DNA of 64,000 nucleotides, from the NCBI GenBank assembly GCA_965243745.1, contig CBDEVR010000002.1:903263-967262 (forward strand), written 5' to 3'. Source of the DNA: Dehalococcoidia bacterium (GTDB lineage Bacteria > Chloroflexota > Dehalococcoidia > Lucifugimonadales > Australimonadaceae). A program made the position numbers and the translations under genes. This document shows, in pieces, positions 18,280 to 27,396 of the stretch; positions within the stretch are counted from its first letter, which is position 1; every line of letters starts with the position of its first letter. The notes under the pieces were generated by a model. That model saw only the letters and a list, made by a program, of their open reading frames with translations, did no database searches and was not told where the DNA came from.

Positions 18280-19236
18280 ATGTTTTCCTCATGGTGGGAC
18301 GGTCTGTTCCTGAATATCCTGGTCCTGCTGATGGCGGTTGCTCTGGACCGCCTCCTGCCGGAGCCTCCGGCGAAAGTCCACCCGGTTGTCTGGATGGGAC
18401 GCCTCATAACGCTCATGGAGCGCGCGGTACCCGGGCAGCCGATAGCGGCATTCCTGTTCGGCTGCGTGATCGTTGTGGTGGTAGCGGGAACTTCCATCGC
18501 GCTTGCTTGGTTCGCAATGGTCCTGCTGATGTCCCTGACCCCCCTGGCATACGTAATCGGAGGAGCACTCCTGCTACGCACCACATTCACGGTCCGAGGG
18601 CTTTCCTCGGCGGCTGACCGAACGCGACAGGCTCTCACATCCGGCAGCCTGGACGACGCGAGGGAGAGCCTGAGGAGTCTGGTCAGCCGGGACTCCACTA
18701 CGCTCACTGCACCGCTCGTCGCCGCTGCCGCTATAGAATCCGTTGCCGAGAACACGACGGACAGTTACGTCGGGCCATGGCTGGCGTTCGCGCTCTTCGG
18801 CGTGCCGGGCGCCGTGGCCTACCGCTCGGTCAATACGCTGGACAGCATGCTGGGCTATCGTGGCGCCTATGAATACCTCGGCAAGGCCGCCGCTCGGCTG
18901 GACGACGTTGTAAACCTGGCGCCGGCGCGACTGAGCGCGCTGCTGCTGTTGCTCAGCGGGGCTTTCCCTCGACTGTCGGTCTCCCGTGGGTGGAAGGTTA
19001 TGCTGAGCGACCGCAGACGTACGGCAAGCCCCAACGCGGGATGGACGATGAGCGCTATGGCCGGGCTGTTGGGAACGGTACTGGAGAAGCCCGGGCACTA
19101 CAGCCTGGGCGAGAGCATGCGCGAGCCCGAGGCGGAAGACATCGGTGCGGCGATACGGGTCATGGAGCGTGCTGCTGTACTTGCAGTTATCTTGGCGCTC
19201 GGGCTGCTCGCAGCGCGCCATGCGGTCGCGGGTTGA
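18280..19236 (+). CDS. cbiB: Adenosylcobinamide-phosphate synthase
   Basis: MFSSWWDGLFLNILVLLMAVALDRLLPEPPAKVHPVVWMGRLI...NTTDSYVGPWLAFALFG...SPNAGWTMSAMAGLLG (CobD/CbiB family). ATG 18280 lies in frame in the track ORF. TATCAT at 18267-18272. Confidence 0.9.
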   Translation: MFSSWWDGLFLNILVLLMAVALDRLLPEPPAKVHPVVWMGRLITLMERAVPGQPIAAFLFGCVIVVVVAGTSIALAWFAMVLLMSLTPLAYVIGGALLLRTTFTVRGLSSAADRTRQALTSGSLDDARESLRSLVSRDSTTLTAPLVAAAAIESVAENTTDSYVGPWLAFALFGVPGAVAYRSVNTLDSMLGYRGAYEYLGKAAARLDDVVNLAPARLSALLLLLSGAFPRLSVSRGWKVMLSDRRRTASPNAGWTMSAMAGLLGTVLEKPGHYSLGESMREPEAEDIGAAIRVMERAAVLAVILALGLLAARHAVAG

Positions 19237-19369
19237 TGGGACAGATGACCACACTGCACACGGTACATGGGGGGGCTGGACGAAGCGGAGCCGGAGCACA
19301 TACGCACAGCGATCCGGCGGCCCGAGGAGTGCGCAAGGTTCATCGGCGCACTGCAGGAAGTCCTGAGCG

Positions 19370-20890
19370 ATGAGTAGCAGCCCTGCAAAGGTCATCATGG
19401 TCCAGGGAACCTCCTCCCACGCGGGGAAGTCCGTCCTGGCAACAGCACGCTGCCGCATCTTCGCTCAGGACGGCTACCAGGTAGCCCCGTTCAAGGCGCA
19501 GAACATGTCCCTGAACTCCTATGCCACGCCGGATGGCGGAGAGATCGGTCGGTCGCAGGCCGTACAGGCCGCTGCCGCGATGGTGGCCCCGAAGGTTGAG
19601 ATGAACCCTGTCCTCCTCAAACCGGAAGGCGACAGACGCTCCCAGGTTGTCGTGATGGGACGCCCCATGACCGTTGCCTCGGCTCGGGAGTACCAGGAAC
19701 TCAAACCCTCGATCTGGGAGACGGTGACCGCAGCGTTGAGCCGCCTCCGCACCGACTACGACGTCGTCGTGATCGAGGGGGCCGGCAGTCCCGCGGAGAT
19801 CAACCTCAAGCAGCACGACATCGTCAACATGCGCGTGGCCCTCCATGCCGATGCTCCCGTTCTGCTGGTGGGGGACATCGACCGCGGCGGCGTATTCGCA
19901 CAGCTCATCGGCACCATGATGCTCCTCGAACCTGAGGAGAGGGCGCTGGTCAAGGGGCACGTCATCAACAAGTTCCGGGGAGACCCTTCGCTCCTCACAA
20001 CAGGGCTGGACCTCCTGCACGAGAAGACCGGAGTACCGGTGGCCGGCGTCATCCCGTATTTCACCAACATCCACGTGCCGGAGGAGGACTCGCTCGGCAT
20101 AGCGACCGATCCCAGGAGCGGCCACGAGACTGCCGTGGACGTCGCGGTCATACGCGTGCCGCACATCGCCAACTTCGACGACTTCGACCCCCTGCGCCAG
20201 GAGCCCGGCGTCCACGTTCGTTATGTGGGCCGGGTTGAAGAGTTCGGCAACCCGGACATCGTTGTGCTGCCCGGCAGCAAGACCACCATGGCAGACCTCG
20301 ACTGGCTGCGCGACCAGGGCATCGCGGAGTGTGTGGTGACCGCACGCCGAAAGGGCATCCCCGTCATCGGCATCTGCGCGGGGTACCAGATGCTGGGCAC
20401 TGAACTCCTGGACCCCGACGGCGTCGAGTCGCCTCGAGCCAGGGCGGAGGGGCTCGCGCTGTTGCCCGCGTCCACAACTTTCTCGCGCGAGAAGGCCACC
20501 CACCAAGTGGCGGCGCAAGTTGCAGCGGGGCACGGTCTCCTGAGCGGTTGCGCCGGGACAGCCATCACCGCTTACGAGATACACATGGGCGTCACCTCAT
20601 CATCCGGTACTACCCATCCCTTCGTCATCGAAACACGCTCAGGGCAGCGCATCAGCCTGACTGACGGCGCCTTGGACGATGACGGGCTTACGCTCGGGAC
20701 CTACCTGCACGGACTCTTCCACAACCGCACCGTTCGGCGTTCGATCCTGGAGCATGCAAGCAGACGCAAGGGCGTGGCCCTGCCGGCCGGCGACGACCTC
20801 GACCCGAGTAAGGAGTACGACAAGCTGGCGGCGCTGGTGCGCCAGCACCTGGACATGGAGATGGTCTACTCCGTGATGAGGCTGAGATAG
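19370..20890 (+). CDS. cobQ: Cobyric acid synthase
   Basis: 506 aa: IMVQGTSSHAGKSVLATARCRIF...FKAQNMSLNSY...NPVLLKP... plus a C-terminal glutamine amidotransferase domain (GICAGYQMLG). Confidence 0.93.
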   Translation: MSSSPAKVIMVQGTSSHAGKSVLATARCRIFAQDGYQVAPFKAQNMSLNSYATPDGGEIGRSQAVQAAAAMVAPKVEMNPVLLKPEGDRRSQVVVMGRPMTVASAREYQELKPSIWETVTAALSRLRTDYDVVVIEGAGSPAEINLKQHDIVNMRVALHADAPVLLVGDIDRGGVFAQLIGTMMLLEPEERALVKGHVINKFRGDPSLLTTGLDLLHEKTGVPVAGVIPYFTNIHVPEEDSLGIATDPRSGHETAVDVAVIRVPHIANFDDFDPLRQEPGVHVRYVGRVEEFGNPDIVVLPGSKTTMADLDWLRDQGIAECVVTARRKGIPVIGICAGYQMLGTELLDPDGVESPRARAEGLALLPASTTFSREKATHQVAAQVAAGHGLLSGCAGTAITAYEIHMGVTSSSGTTHPFVIETRSGQRISLTDGALDDDGLTLGTYLHGLFHNRTVRRSILEHASRRKGVALPAGDDLDPSKEYDKLAALVRQHLDMEMVYSVMRLR

Positions 20891-20978
20891 GCGTAGCCCT
20901 ACGCGCGAGGTCGTTCTCCTTGACAGGCCCGTTGGCGACGCCATAGCCTGCCTCCTCGGTACGAACATACGATCACTG

Positions 20979-21143
20979 CTCGTTCAGGTGCCCGTCCCAG
21001 GGAGAATAGGGAAGGCGGTGTGAGTCCGCCGCGGTAGCGCCACTGTAAGCGGGATCCTCGGAAGCTGAGCCCACTGTCGGAAACGGCGATGGGAAGGGCG
21101 CAGCGATAACCCACCCGCGAGCCAGGAGACCTGCCTGAACGAG
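20979..21143 (+). promoter_or_regulatory. Cobalamin (B12) riboswitch aptamer
   Basis: P1 CTCGTTCAGG (20979-20988) pairs with CCTGAACGAG (21134-21143). Core AATAGGGAAGGCGGTGTGAGTCCGCCGCGGTAGCGCCACTG. B12 box GAGCCAGGAGACCTGCC at 21119-21135. Confidence 0.9.
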
Positions 21144-21214
21144 AGGTGACCACTCTCCGCCTCAGAGAGGGTCCCTCGGCCACCGGACGCGAATCCCGGC
21201 AGAGTGAAGCCTGA

Positions 21215-21247
21215 CCTCCAGCGGAGAGCGCTGGAGGTTCTTGGTTT
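21215..21247 (+). terminator. Intrinsic terminator forming the riboswitch expression platform
   Basis: CCTCCAGCG-gagag-CGCTGGAGG followed by TTCTTGGTTT, 70 nt after the aptamer and 40 nt before the ATG at 21288. Confidence 0.7.
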
Positions 21248-21287
21248 GAGGGCCGTCGGACTCACGACGTTGCAAGGCTACCGCCGG

Positions 21288-22322
21288 ATGGCGGTCACCA
21301 GCCGGTTGGCCATCGGAGCATCCGTGCTGCTCCTCCTGATCGTGATGAGCGCCGCCGTCTCGCTCAGCCTCGGGCCCGTCAGCATACCCGCCGCTCACGT
21401 CGCTTCTATCGTGCTGTCGTTCTTCGGATTCGAGGCAACGGGGTTCGGTCGTACCGAACAGCTCGTCATCGAGCAGATCAGACTCCCGCGCATACTCGTC
21501 GGCGTCGTGGTCGGCGTCGCCCTGGGAGTAGCCGGAGCAACGATGCAGGGACTCTTCCGCAACCCGATGGCCGACCCCGGCATCATCGGCGTGTCCGCCG
21601 GTGGAGCGGTGGGCGCGGTCGTGGCCATCGCCACGGGCATGGCAGGACTCTTCTTCCTTGCGCTGCCGGTCTTCGCGTTCATGGGCGCCATCGCCGCGTC
21701 GTTCCTCGTGTACGGCATCGCCGCCGTTGGCGGACGCTTCTCGATGGCGACGCTCCTGCTTGCGGGAGTGGCGGTGAACGCGTTCCTCGGCGCCATCGTC
21801 TCCGCCATCATCATCCTCCTGCCCGATAACGAGGCGCTGCGCGAGATCCTCTTCTGGCTCGCGGGGGGGCTGGACTCCCGTTCCTGGGAGCACGTCCGCA
21901 TCTCCGCGCCGCTCATCCTCGGCGGCGCAGCTGTCATCATGCTGATGGCCCGCGACCTGAACCTCCTGATGCTGGGCGACGACGAGGCGCGTTCGATGGG
22001 CGTCCGCGTCGGCGTGGCACGAGTCGTCCTGCTGGCAGCGGCGGCCCTGGTGACCGGGACCGCCGTGGCAGTGAGCGGCACCATCGCCTTCGTCGGCCTC
22101 GTCACGCCCCACATCCTCCGGCTCCTGATCGGACCGGACCACCGCGTGCTCATCCCCATGAGCGCGCTGGGCGGCGCGGTCTTCGTCACCGTGGCCGACA
22201 CGGTGGCGAGGACCATCATCCAACCAGCCGAGTTCCGCGTCGGCGTGCTCACCGCGTTCGTCGGCGCGCCATTCTTCATCCTCCTGCTCATCAGGAACAA
22301 ACGACAGGTCTACTCGCTATGA
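21288..22322 (+). CDS. FecCD-family ABC permease (BtuC-like, cobalamin/iron-chelate importer)
   Basis: ...EQIRLPRILVGVVVGVALGVAGATMQGLFRNPMADPGIIGVSAGG... ATG 21288 is chosen because the track start (GTG 21204) lies upstream of the riboswitch terminator. Confidence 0.88.
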   Translation: MAVTSRLAIGASVLLLLIVMSAAVSLSLGPVSIPAAHVASIVLSFFGFEATGFGRTEQLVIEQIRLPRILVGVVVGVALGVAGATMQGLFRNPMADPGIIGVSAGGAVGAVVAIATGMAGLFFLALPVFAFMGAIAASFLVYGIAAVGGRFSMATLLLAGVAVNAFLGAIVSAIIILLPDNEALREILFWLAGGLDSRSWEHVRISAPLILGGAAVIMLMARDLNLLMLGDDEARSMGVRVGVARVVLLAAAALVTGTAVAVSGTIAFVGLVTPHILRLLIGPDHRVLIPMSALGGAVFVTVADTVARTIIQPAEFRVGVLTAFVGAPFFILLLIRNKRQVYSL

Positions 22323-23467
22323 GACGCTACCGAACGAAAGGAGTCACCTTGCCAGTCCGACGCTTCCCCAGCCTCATCATCACGTTGTCCGTGTTCCTTC
22401 TCGCGGCGCTCGCAGCCTGCTCGCAGGCGACCCCGACCCCGACTCCCGCGCCGACGGCTACGCCAACAGCCACTCCCACAGCAGCGCCTCCTCCGACAGC
22501 CACTCCGACCCCCAACCCCACACCAACTCCAACGCCTGCGCCCAAGCTGCCAGCGAGCGTACCCGGCATCATCGATACCTCCAACCTTGGATGGCCGCGC
22601 GAGGTCGAGGGACTGAATGGCATCGTGAGCATCCCGGCCAAACCGGAGCGCATCATCACTGCTTCCGTGGGGCACGACGAGATGACACTCGCACTGGTGC
22701 CCAATGAACGGCTCGTTGCCGTGGGAAGCGCCACGAAGAACGCGACCTATTCCAACGTGGCGTCGCTGGTGCAGGACAAGGCCGAGATCTCACGCGACCC
22801 GGAGACGATCATCGCCCAGTCGCCTGACGTTATCGTCACCAGCCCATTCTTCTCTGCGGAGGGCATCGAGGCCCTGTCGAGAGTCGGTATCCCGGTCGTG
22901 CAGACGGCCCTGAAACACGACCCCGAGGCGCGCATCGACAACATCCTGTTCATGGGCTACATCTTCGGCGAGGAAGAGCGCGCCCTGGAGTTCGCAGCCG
23001 AAGTGCAGGAGCGTTACGATTCCCTCGTCGCCGTGACCGGCGCTGCGGAGCCTCGTCCCAGGGTGCTTGCACTCACCCAGTACTCGGACAAGCTCTGGGT
23101 CGCGGGCGGCAACTCTACGGAAGGCGGCGTTATCACCGCGGCAGGCGGCATCAACGCTGCCGAGGAAGCAGGCATCGAGGGGAATCAGACCACGAGCCTC
23201 GAAGGGGTTATCGCCATGAACCCGGAGATTATCGTCATCGCTCAGCCGATCGAGTTCGGGGCCGAAGAATTCAGGCAGAGCCTGTTCGACAATGAAGCGC
23301 TCGCCGAGATCCCGGCGGTCAAGAATGACGCCATCCACGTGGTTGAGAGCAAGCACTTCACCACGCTCTCCTACTGGAACATCCGCGGGGCCGAGGACCT
23401 CGCCCGGCTGCTCTGGCCGGATGATTTCCCCAACCCTCCGGCAGCCTCATTCAGTCTGGCAGGGTAG
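22319..23467 (+). CDS. ABC transporter periplasmic-binding lipoprotein (BtuF/FhuD-like class)
   Basis: Lipobox LAAC after a hydrophobic signal, a ~45 aa Pro/Thr linker, then a periplasmic binding protein domain (PERIITASVGHDEMTLALVP...). 4 nt overlap with the permease gene. Confidence 0.85.
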   Translation: MRRYRTKGVTLPVRRFPSLIITLSVFLLAALAACSQATPTPTPAPTATPTATPTAAPPPTATPTPNPTPTPTPAPKLPASVPGIIDTSNLGWPREVEGLNGIVSIPAKPERIITASVGHDEMTLALVPNERLVAVGSATKNATYSNVASLVQDKAEISRDPETIIAQSPDVIVTSPFFSAEGIEALSRVGIPVVQTALKHDPEARIDNILFMGYIFGEEERALEFAAEVQERYDSLVAVTGAAEPRPRVLALTQYSDKLWVAGGNSTEGGVITAAGGINAAEEAGIEGNQTTSLEGVIAMNPEIIVIAQPIEFGAEEFRQSLFDNEALAEIPAVKNDAIHVVESKHFTTLSYWNIRGAEDLARLLWPDDFPNPPAASFSLAG

Positions 23468-23470
23468 CAG

Positions 23471-24349
23471 ATGGGTGAACGCGAACAGCCGGCGATCACT
23501 GCCGAGGACCTCTCCTACAGCGTCGAGGCGCAGACGCTGCTGGACAGCGTCCACCTGCATGCTGAGCAGGGGCGGTTCGTCGGCCTCATCGGGCCGAACG
23601 GCGCGGGGAAGTCCACGCTGTTGCGGGCGCTGTCCGGCATGCTCCAGCACCAGCAGGGGGCGGTGCGATTGGAGGGAAAGGACTTGCGGTCCCTGTCGTC
23701 AAGGGACGTTGCAGCCGGACTGGCGCTGGTGCCCCAGATAGCGCCGTACACGCACGGCTTCACGTCCTTCGAGCTGGTGCTCATGGGCAGGTATCCACAC
23801 TTGGGGCGCTTCCAGGTGGAAGGCGGGGAGGACAATCGCATCGCCCGTGACGCGATGCGATTGACCGACACGGAGGAGTTCACCGACAGGACGCTTGACA
23901 CCCTGTCCGGGGGAGAGCGCCAGCGGGTGTTCGTGTCGCGCGCGCTCGCGCAGCAACCCCGCATCCTGCTGCTGGATGAGCCGACATCCAACCTGGACGT
24001 CTTCCACCAGCTCAAGGTGCTGGACCTGGTGCGCCAGCTGGTTGACGACGGGCTGACCGCCGTCGCCGCGATCCACGATCTGCAGATGGCGGCACGCTAC
24101 TGCGACCGTCTCGTGCTGTTGAGCTCCGGGCGGGTCCTTGCCGAGGGAACCCCCGAGGAAGTGCTGACCCCGGAGGCGATCGAGTCCGCCTTCGGAGTGC
24201 GGTGTGCCGTCTACCGGGAGCCGGTCACCGGCTCGCTCGCGATAAGCCTCATCGGCCCTGCGGACGCGCGCACATCGCCCGCCCCGGATGACCGAGCACC
24301 GGCGCCAGCCGAGAAGGCCCCCTTGGCAGTCCAGGGAGTAGAACCGTGA
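23471..24349 (+). CDS. ABC transporter ATP-binding protein (FecE/BtuD-like)
   Basis: Walker A GPNGAGKST, signature LSGGERQRV, Walker B ILLLDEP. Confidence 0.92.
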   Translation: MGEREQPAITAEDLSYSVEAQTLLDSVHLHAEQGRFVGLIGPNGAGKSTLLRALSGMLQHQQGAVRLEGKDLRSLSSRDVAAGLALVPQIAPYTHGFTSFELVLMGRYPHLGRFQVEGGEDNRIARDAMRLTDTEEFTDRTLDTLSGGERQRVFVSRALAQQPRILLLDEPTSNLDVFHQLKVLDLVRQLVDDGLTAVAAIHDLQMAARYCDRLVLLSSGRVLAEGTPEEVLTPEAIESAFGVRCAVYREPVTGSLAISLIGPADARTSPAPDDRAPAPAEKAPLAVQGVEP

Positions 24350-24921
24350 GCGAACCAGAGCCGGCAGGAGAAACCCCACAGCCCGTGAGGCGCCGCCGCG
24401 AACGCCACGGCCTCGTCATCGTCAACACCGGCGAGGGCAAGGGCAAGACGACGGCCGCGCTCGGCGTGCTCTTCCGCGCCTGGGGGCGGAACTTCCGCGT
24501 CAGGATGTTCCAGTTCATCAAGCACACCGGCGCGCGGTTCGGCGAACAGCGAGCAGCCGAGCGACTCGGCATCCGCATCGAGGCGCTGGGCGACGGGTTC
24601 ACCTGGCTCTCGAAAGACATGGACCGGACCACTGCCCTGGCGGTGGAGCAGTGGGGAAGGTGCCGGGAAGCCATCCTGCAGGGCGGAGAGGACGTCATCA
24701 TCCTGGACGAGTTCACCTACGCCATGCACTACGGCTGGGTCTCGGTGGATGAGGTCATCGACACGCTCAGGCAGCGCCCGAGCACGCTGCACGTCATCAT
24801 CACCGGCCGCTACGCCCCGGAGGAGCTGATCGACTTCGCCGACCTCGTGACCGAGATGCGGATGATCAAGCATCCCTACGAGACGCAGGGCATCAAGGCC
24901 CAGCAGGGCATCGAGTTCTAA
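24346..24921 (+). CDS. cobO: CobA/CobO/BtuR-type cob(I)yrinic acid a,c-diamide adenosyltransferase
   Basis: GLVIVNTGEGKGKTTAALG...RVRMFQFIK...ILDEFTYAMHYGW...VIITGRYAPEELIDFADLVTEMRMIKHPY. GTG start overlaps the upstream stop (GTGA). Confidence 0.92.
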   Translation: MSEPEPAGETPQPVRRRRERHGLVIVNTGEGKGKTTAALGVLFRAWGRNFRVRMFQFIKHTGARFGEQRAAERLGIRIEALGDGFTWLSKDMDRTTALAVEQWGRCREAILQGGEDVIILDEFTYAMHYGWVSVDEVIDTLRQRPSTLHVIITGRYAPEELIDFADLVTEMRMIKHPYETQGIKAQQGIEF

Positions 24922-24923
24922 CG

Positions 24924-25991
24924 ATGACGCTCGACGATGTGCTGAAGCGCATCGAACCGGTCGACAGGCGGGCTCAACGGTCAGCCGAATTGCGGCAGCA
25001 GCAACTCACGAAACCGCCCGGTAGCCTGGGCCGACTGGAAGAACTTTCCATCCAACTGGCGGGCGTATTCCGGACCGAACGTCCCACGATACGCGGCAAG
25101 ACGGTCATCGTTGCCGCCGCCGACCACGGCGTGGTCGCGCAGGGCGTCACCGGCTACCCGCAGGAGGTCACCGCACAGATGGTGCAGAACTTCCTCGCAG
25201 GCGGCGCGGCCATCAACGTCATGGCGCGGGAGGCGGGCGTGGGTCTCGTCATCGTCGATGCCGGGGTAGCCGCACCACTGCCGCAGCATCCTGAGCTCCG
25301 GGTCGTCGGGGCAGGACGAGGCACCGCGGACATGACACAGGGCCCGGCCATGTCGCGAGCGCAGGCCGAGCAGTGCGTGAGCGCGGGCATCGCTCTCGCG
25401 CTCGAGGCCGCGGAGAACGGCGCGGACATCATCGGCGCAGGGGAGATGGGCATCGGCAACACCACGGCATCCAGCGCCGTTACCGCGGTGCTGACCGGCA
25501 GTCCGGCCGACGAGACGACCGGCAGCGGAACGGGACGGAACGAAGAGGAGATGGTGCACAAAGTCGCCGTCGTGGAGCGTGCGCTGGAGGTGAACCAGCC
25601 CGACGCCAGCGATGGGCTGGATGTGCTCGCCAAGGTCGGCGGGTTCGAGATCGGCGTGCTGTCCGGAGTCGTGCTGGGAGGAGCGCTTGCCCACCGGGTA
25701 GTCGTGCTCGATGGTTTCGTCTCGACCGCCGCAGGGCTGACAGCGCACAGCCTGTGTCCCGATGTCGGCGGCTATGTCGTCGCCTCCCATTTGTCCGCCG
25801 AGCGGGGACATCGCATCGCGCTGGAGCACATGGGGCTAAGCCCGCTGCTAGACCTCGGTATGCGGCTGGGCGAGGGTACGGGTGCTGTGCTGGCGATGGG
25901 CCTGATCGAGGCAGCCGCGGCATGCCTGTCGGAGATGGCCACCTTCGCCGAGGCGGGAGTATCCGGGAACGTTGCCAAGGAGGCGATCTGA
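24924..25991 (+). CDS. cobT: Nicotinate-nucleotide--dimethylbenzimidazole phosphoribosyltransferase
   Basis: 355 aa: ...LTKPPGSLGRLEELSIQLAG...GEMGIGNTTASSAV...GMRLGEGTGAVLA... (CobT family). Confidence 0.93.
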   Translation: MTLDDVLKRIEPVDRRAQRSAELRQQQLTKPPGSLGRLEELSIQLAGVFRTERPTIRGKTVIVAAADHGVVAQGVTGYPQEVTAQMVQNFLAGGAAINVMAREAGVGLVIVDAGVAAPLPQHPELRVVGAGRGTADMTQGPAMSRAQAEQCVSAGIALALEAAENGADIIGAGEMGIGNTTASSAVTAVLTGSPADETTGSGTGRNEEEMVHKVAVVERALEVNQPDASDGLDVLAKVGGFEIGVLSGVVLGGALAHRVVVLDGFVSTAAGLTAHSLCPDVGGYVVASHLSAERGHRIALEHMGLSPLLDLGMRLGEGTGAVLAMGLIEAAAACLSEMATFAEAGVSGNVAKEAI

Positions 25992-26749
25992 ACGGCCTGC
26001 GGCTGGCCATAGGCTTCCTGACGGTGCTTCCGCTCGCGCCCCCCGGCACAGCGCGGATGGCGCCTGCCCGTGCTTACTTCCCACTCGTGGGGTTGGCGCT
26101 GGGGGGCGTCCTGGCGGGACTCGACCTCGCAGCGAGGCAGGCATTGCCAACGCTGGCGGTGAGCGCGCTGCTGGTCGTCGCACTGCTGGTGCTGACGCGG
26201 GCGATCCACACCGAGGGGTTCCTCGACTCTTGCGACGGCCTGTTCGGCGGGTACTCGCGAGAGAAGCGGCTGGAGATACTCCGCGACCCACACGTGGGTG
26301 CGTTCGCCGTCATCGGGGGTGCGAGCCTGCTGTTGCTGAAGTGGGGCCTCGTCGTGGGTATTCCGGACGAGGAGCGCACCGCCCTGTTGTTGCTGTTCCC
26401 GTGCCTCTCCCGGTTCGGCATGCTGGTCACGATGGAAGCCTTCTCGTACGCCAGGGAGCATGGGCTCGGCACAGCCTTCGAAGATGGGCGAAGCAGATGG
26501 CAGGTCGTGTTCGGGCTCGCCACGGCCATAGCCGCAAGCGGGCTGTTGCTGGGGTTCGCGGGGCTGGTCCTGTTGGGCACGGTCATCGTCGTAGCGCTGG
26601 GGATGGGCCGATGGGCCACGGGGCTGTTGGGAGGCATGACCGGCGACACCTACGGAGCGGTGAACGAGGCAGGAGAAGTGGCCGTGCTGCTGGCTGGCAT
26701 CGTCCTCTTCCAGGTGGGTGCAGGGTTGTTCGGAGCGCCGCTATGGTGA
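25922..26749 (+). CDS. cobS: Adenosylcobinamide-GDP ribazoletransferase (cobalamin synthase)
   Basis: ...LRLAIGFLTVLPLAP...HTEGFLDSCDGLFGG...GGMTGDTYGAVNE... Start uncertain: the ATG at 25922 overlaps cobT by 70 nt, while the conserved region begins near 25988 (CTG). Confidence 0.85.
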   Translation: MPVGDGHLRRGGSIRERCQGGDLNGLRLAIGFLTVLPLAPPGTARMAPARAYFPLVGLALGGVLAGLDLAARQALPTLAVSALLVVALLVLTRAIHTEGFLDSCDGLFGGYSREKRLEILRDPHVGAFAVIGGASLLLLKWGLVVGIPDEERTALLLLFPCLSRFGMLVTMEAFSYAREHGLGTAFEDGRSRWQVVFGLATAIAASGLLLGFAGLVLLGTVIVVALGMGRWATGLLGGMTGDTYGAVNEAGEVAVLLAGIVLFQVGAGLFGAPLW

Positions 26750-27396
26750 CAGAAGGCAGGGAGACGGGCCGCTGGTACCTGGTACGCCACGGAGAAACAG
26801 AGTGGAACAGAGACGGACGCATCCAGGGCCACACGGATACAGGGCTGAACGACTACGGCAGGCGACAGATGGACACGCTTGCGGCGAGGCTCGCCGGATG
26901 CAGGTTCGCAGCGGTCTACGCCAGCGACCTGTCGCGCGCCGTCGAGAGCGCGCAGGCCATCGTTGAGGGTCGCGGCATCGCCATCGAGACCGACCCAGAC
27001 CTGCGCGAGTTCTCCTACGGCGAGTGGGAAGGACTGACGACGGAGGAAGCCGAGGCGCAGGACCCCGAGGAATACGCCAGACGGATGGCGCTGGACGCAG
27101 GCGTATTCGCCGCGCCGGGAGGCGAGAACACGCAACAACTGCTGGACCGCGTGCGGCGGTTCTACGAATGCGCTGTGGAACGCCATCAATCCTCCGAGGA
27201 CGTGCTGATCGTGGCGCATGCGGGGTCGATACGCGCGCTCCTCACCTGTCTCCTCGGTCTGCCGGACGACCGGCTCTGGGGGTTCCGGGTCGATGGGGGC
27301 AGCCTCTCCGTGGTCAGCAACCGCCCCGGCGGGCGCGTTCTCGAACTCCTGAACGAGGCGCCCTGCGTCCCCGGTGAGAAAGGTGTGGGGAGATGA
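26743..27396 (+). CDS. cobC: Histidine phosphatase family protein, probable alpha-ribazole phosphatase
   Basis: WYLVRHGETEWNRDGRIQGHTDTGL... (RHG motif) ...VLIVAHAGSIRALL. ATG overlaps the cobS stop (ATGGTGA). Context is between cobS and cobU. Confidence 0.82.
   Translation: MVTEGRETGRWYLVRHGETEWNRDGRIQGHTDTGLNDYGRRQMDTLAARLAGCRFAAVYASDLSRAVESAQAIVEGRGIAIETDPDLREFSYGEWEGLTTEEAEAQDPEEYARRMALDAGVFAAPGGENTQQLLDRVRRFYECAVERHQSSEDVLIVAHAGSIRALLTCLLGLPDDRLWGFRVDGGSLSVVSNRPGGRVLELLNEAPCVPGEKGVGR

Noticed and set aside
19267-19377. 36 aa micro-ORF (MGGLDEAEPEHIRTAIRRPEECARFIGALQEVLSDE) between cbiB and cobQ, overlapping the cobQ start by 8 nt
   Set aside because: It has coding-like GC3 but is too short to distinguish from chance in this composition. 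There is no SD and no recognisable family. It would need ribosome profiling or conservation evidence.
21204-21287. GTG 21204 as start of the BtuC-like permease (track ORF start)
   Set aside because: The extra 28 codons would span the riboswitch terminator hairpin and T-tract (21215-21247) and add a non-hydrophobic, non-conserved N-terminus. ATG 21288 is preferred.
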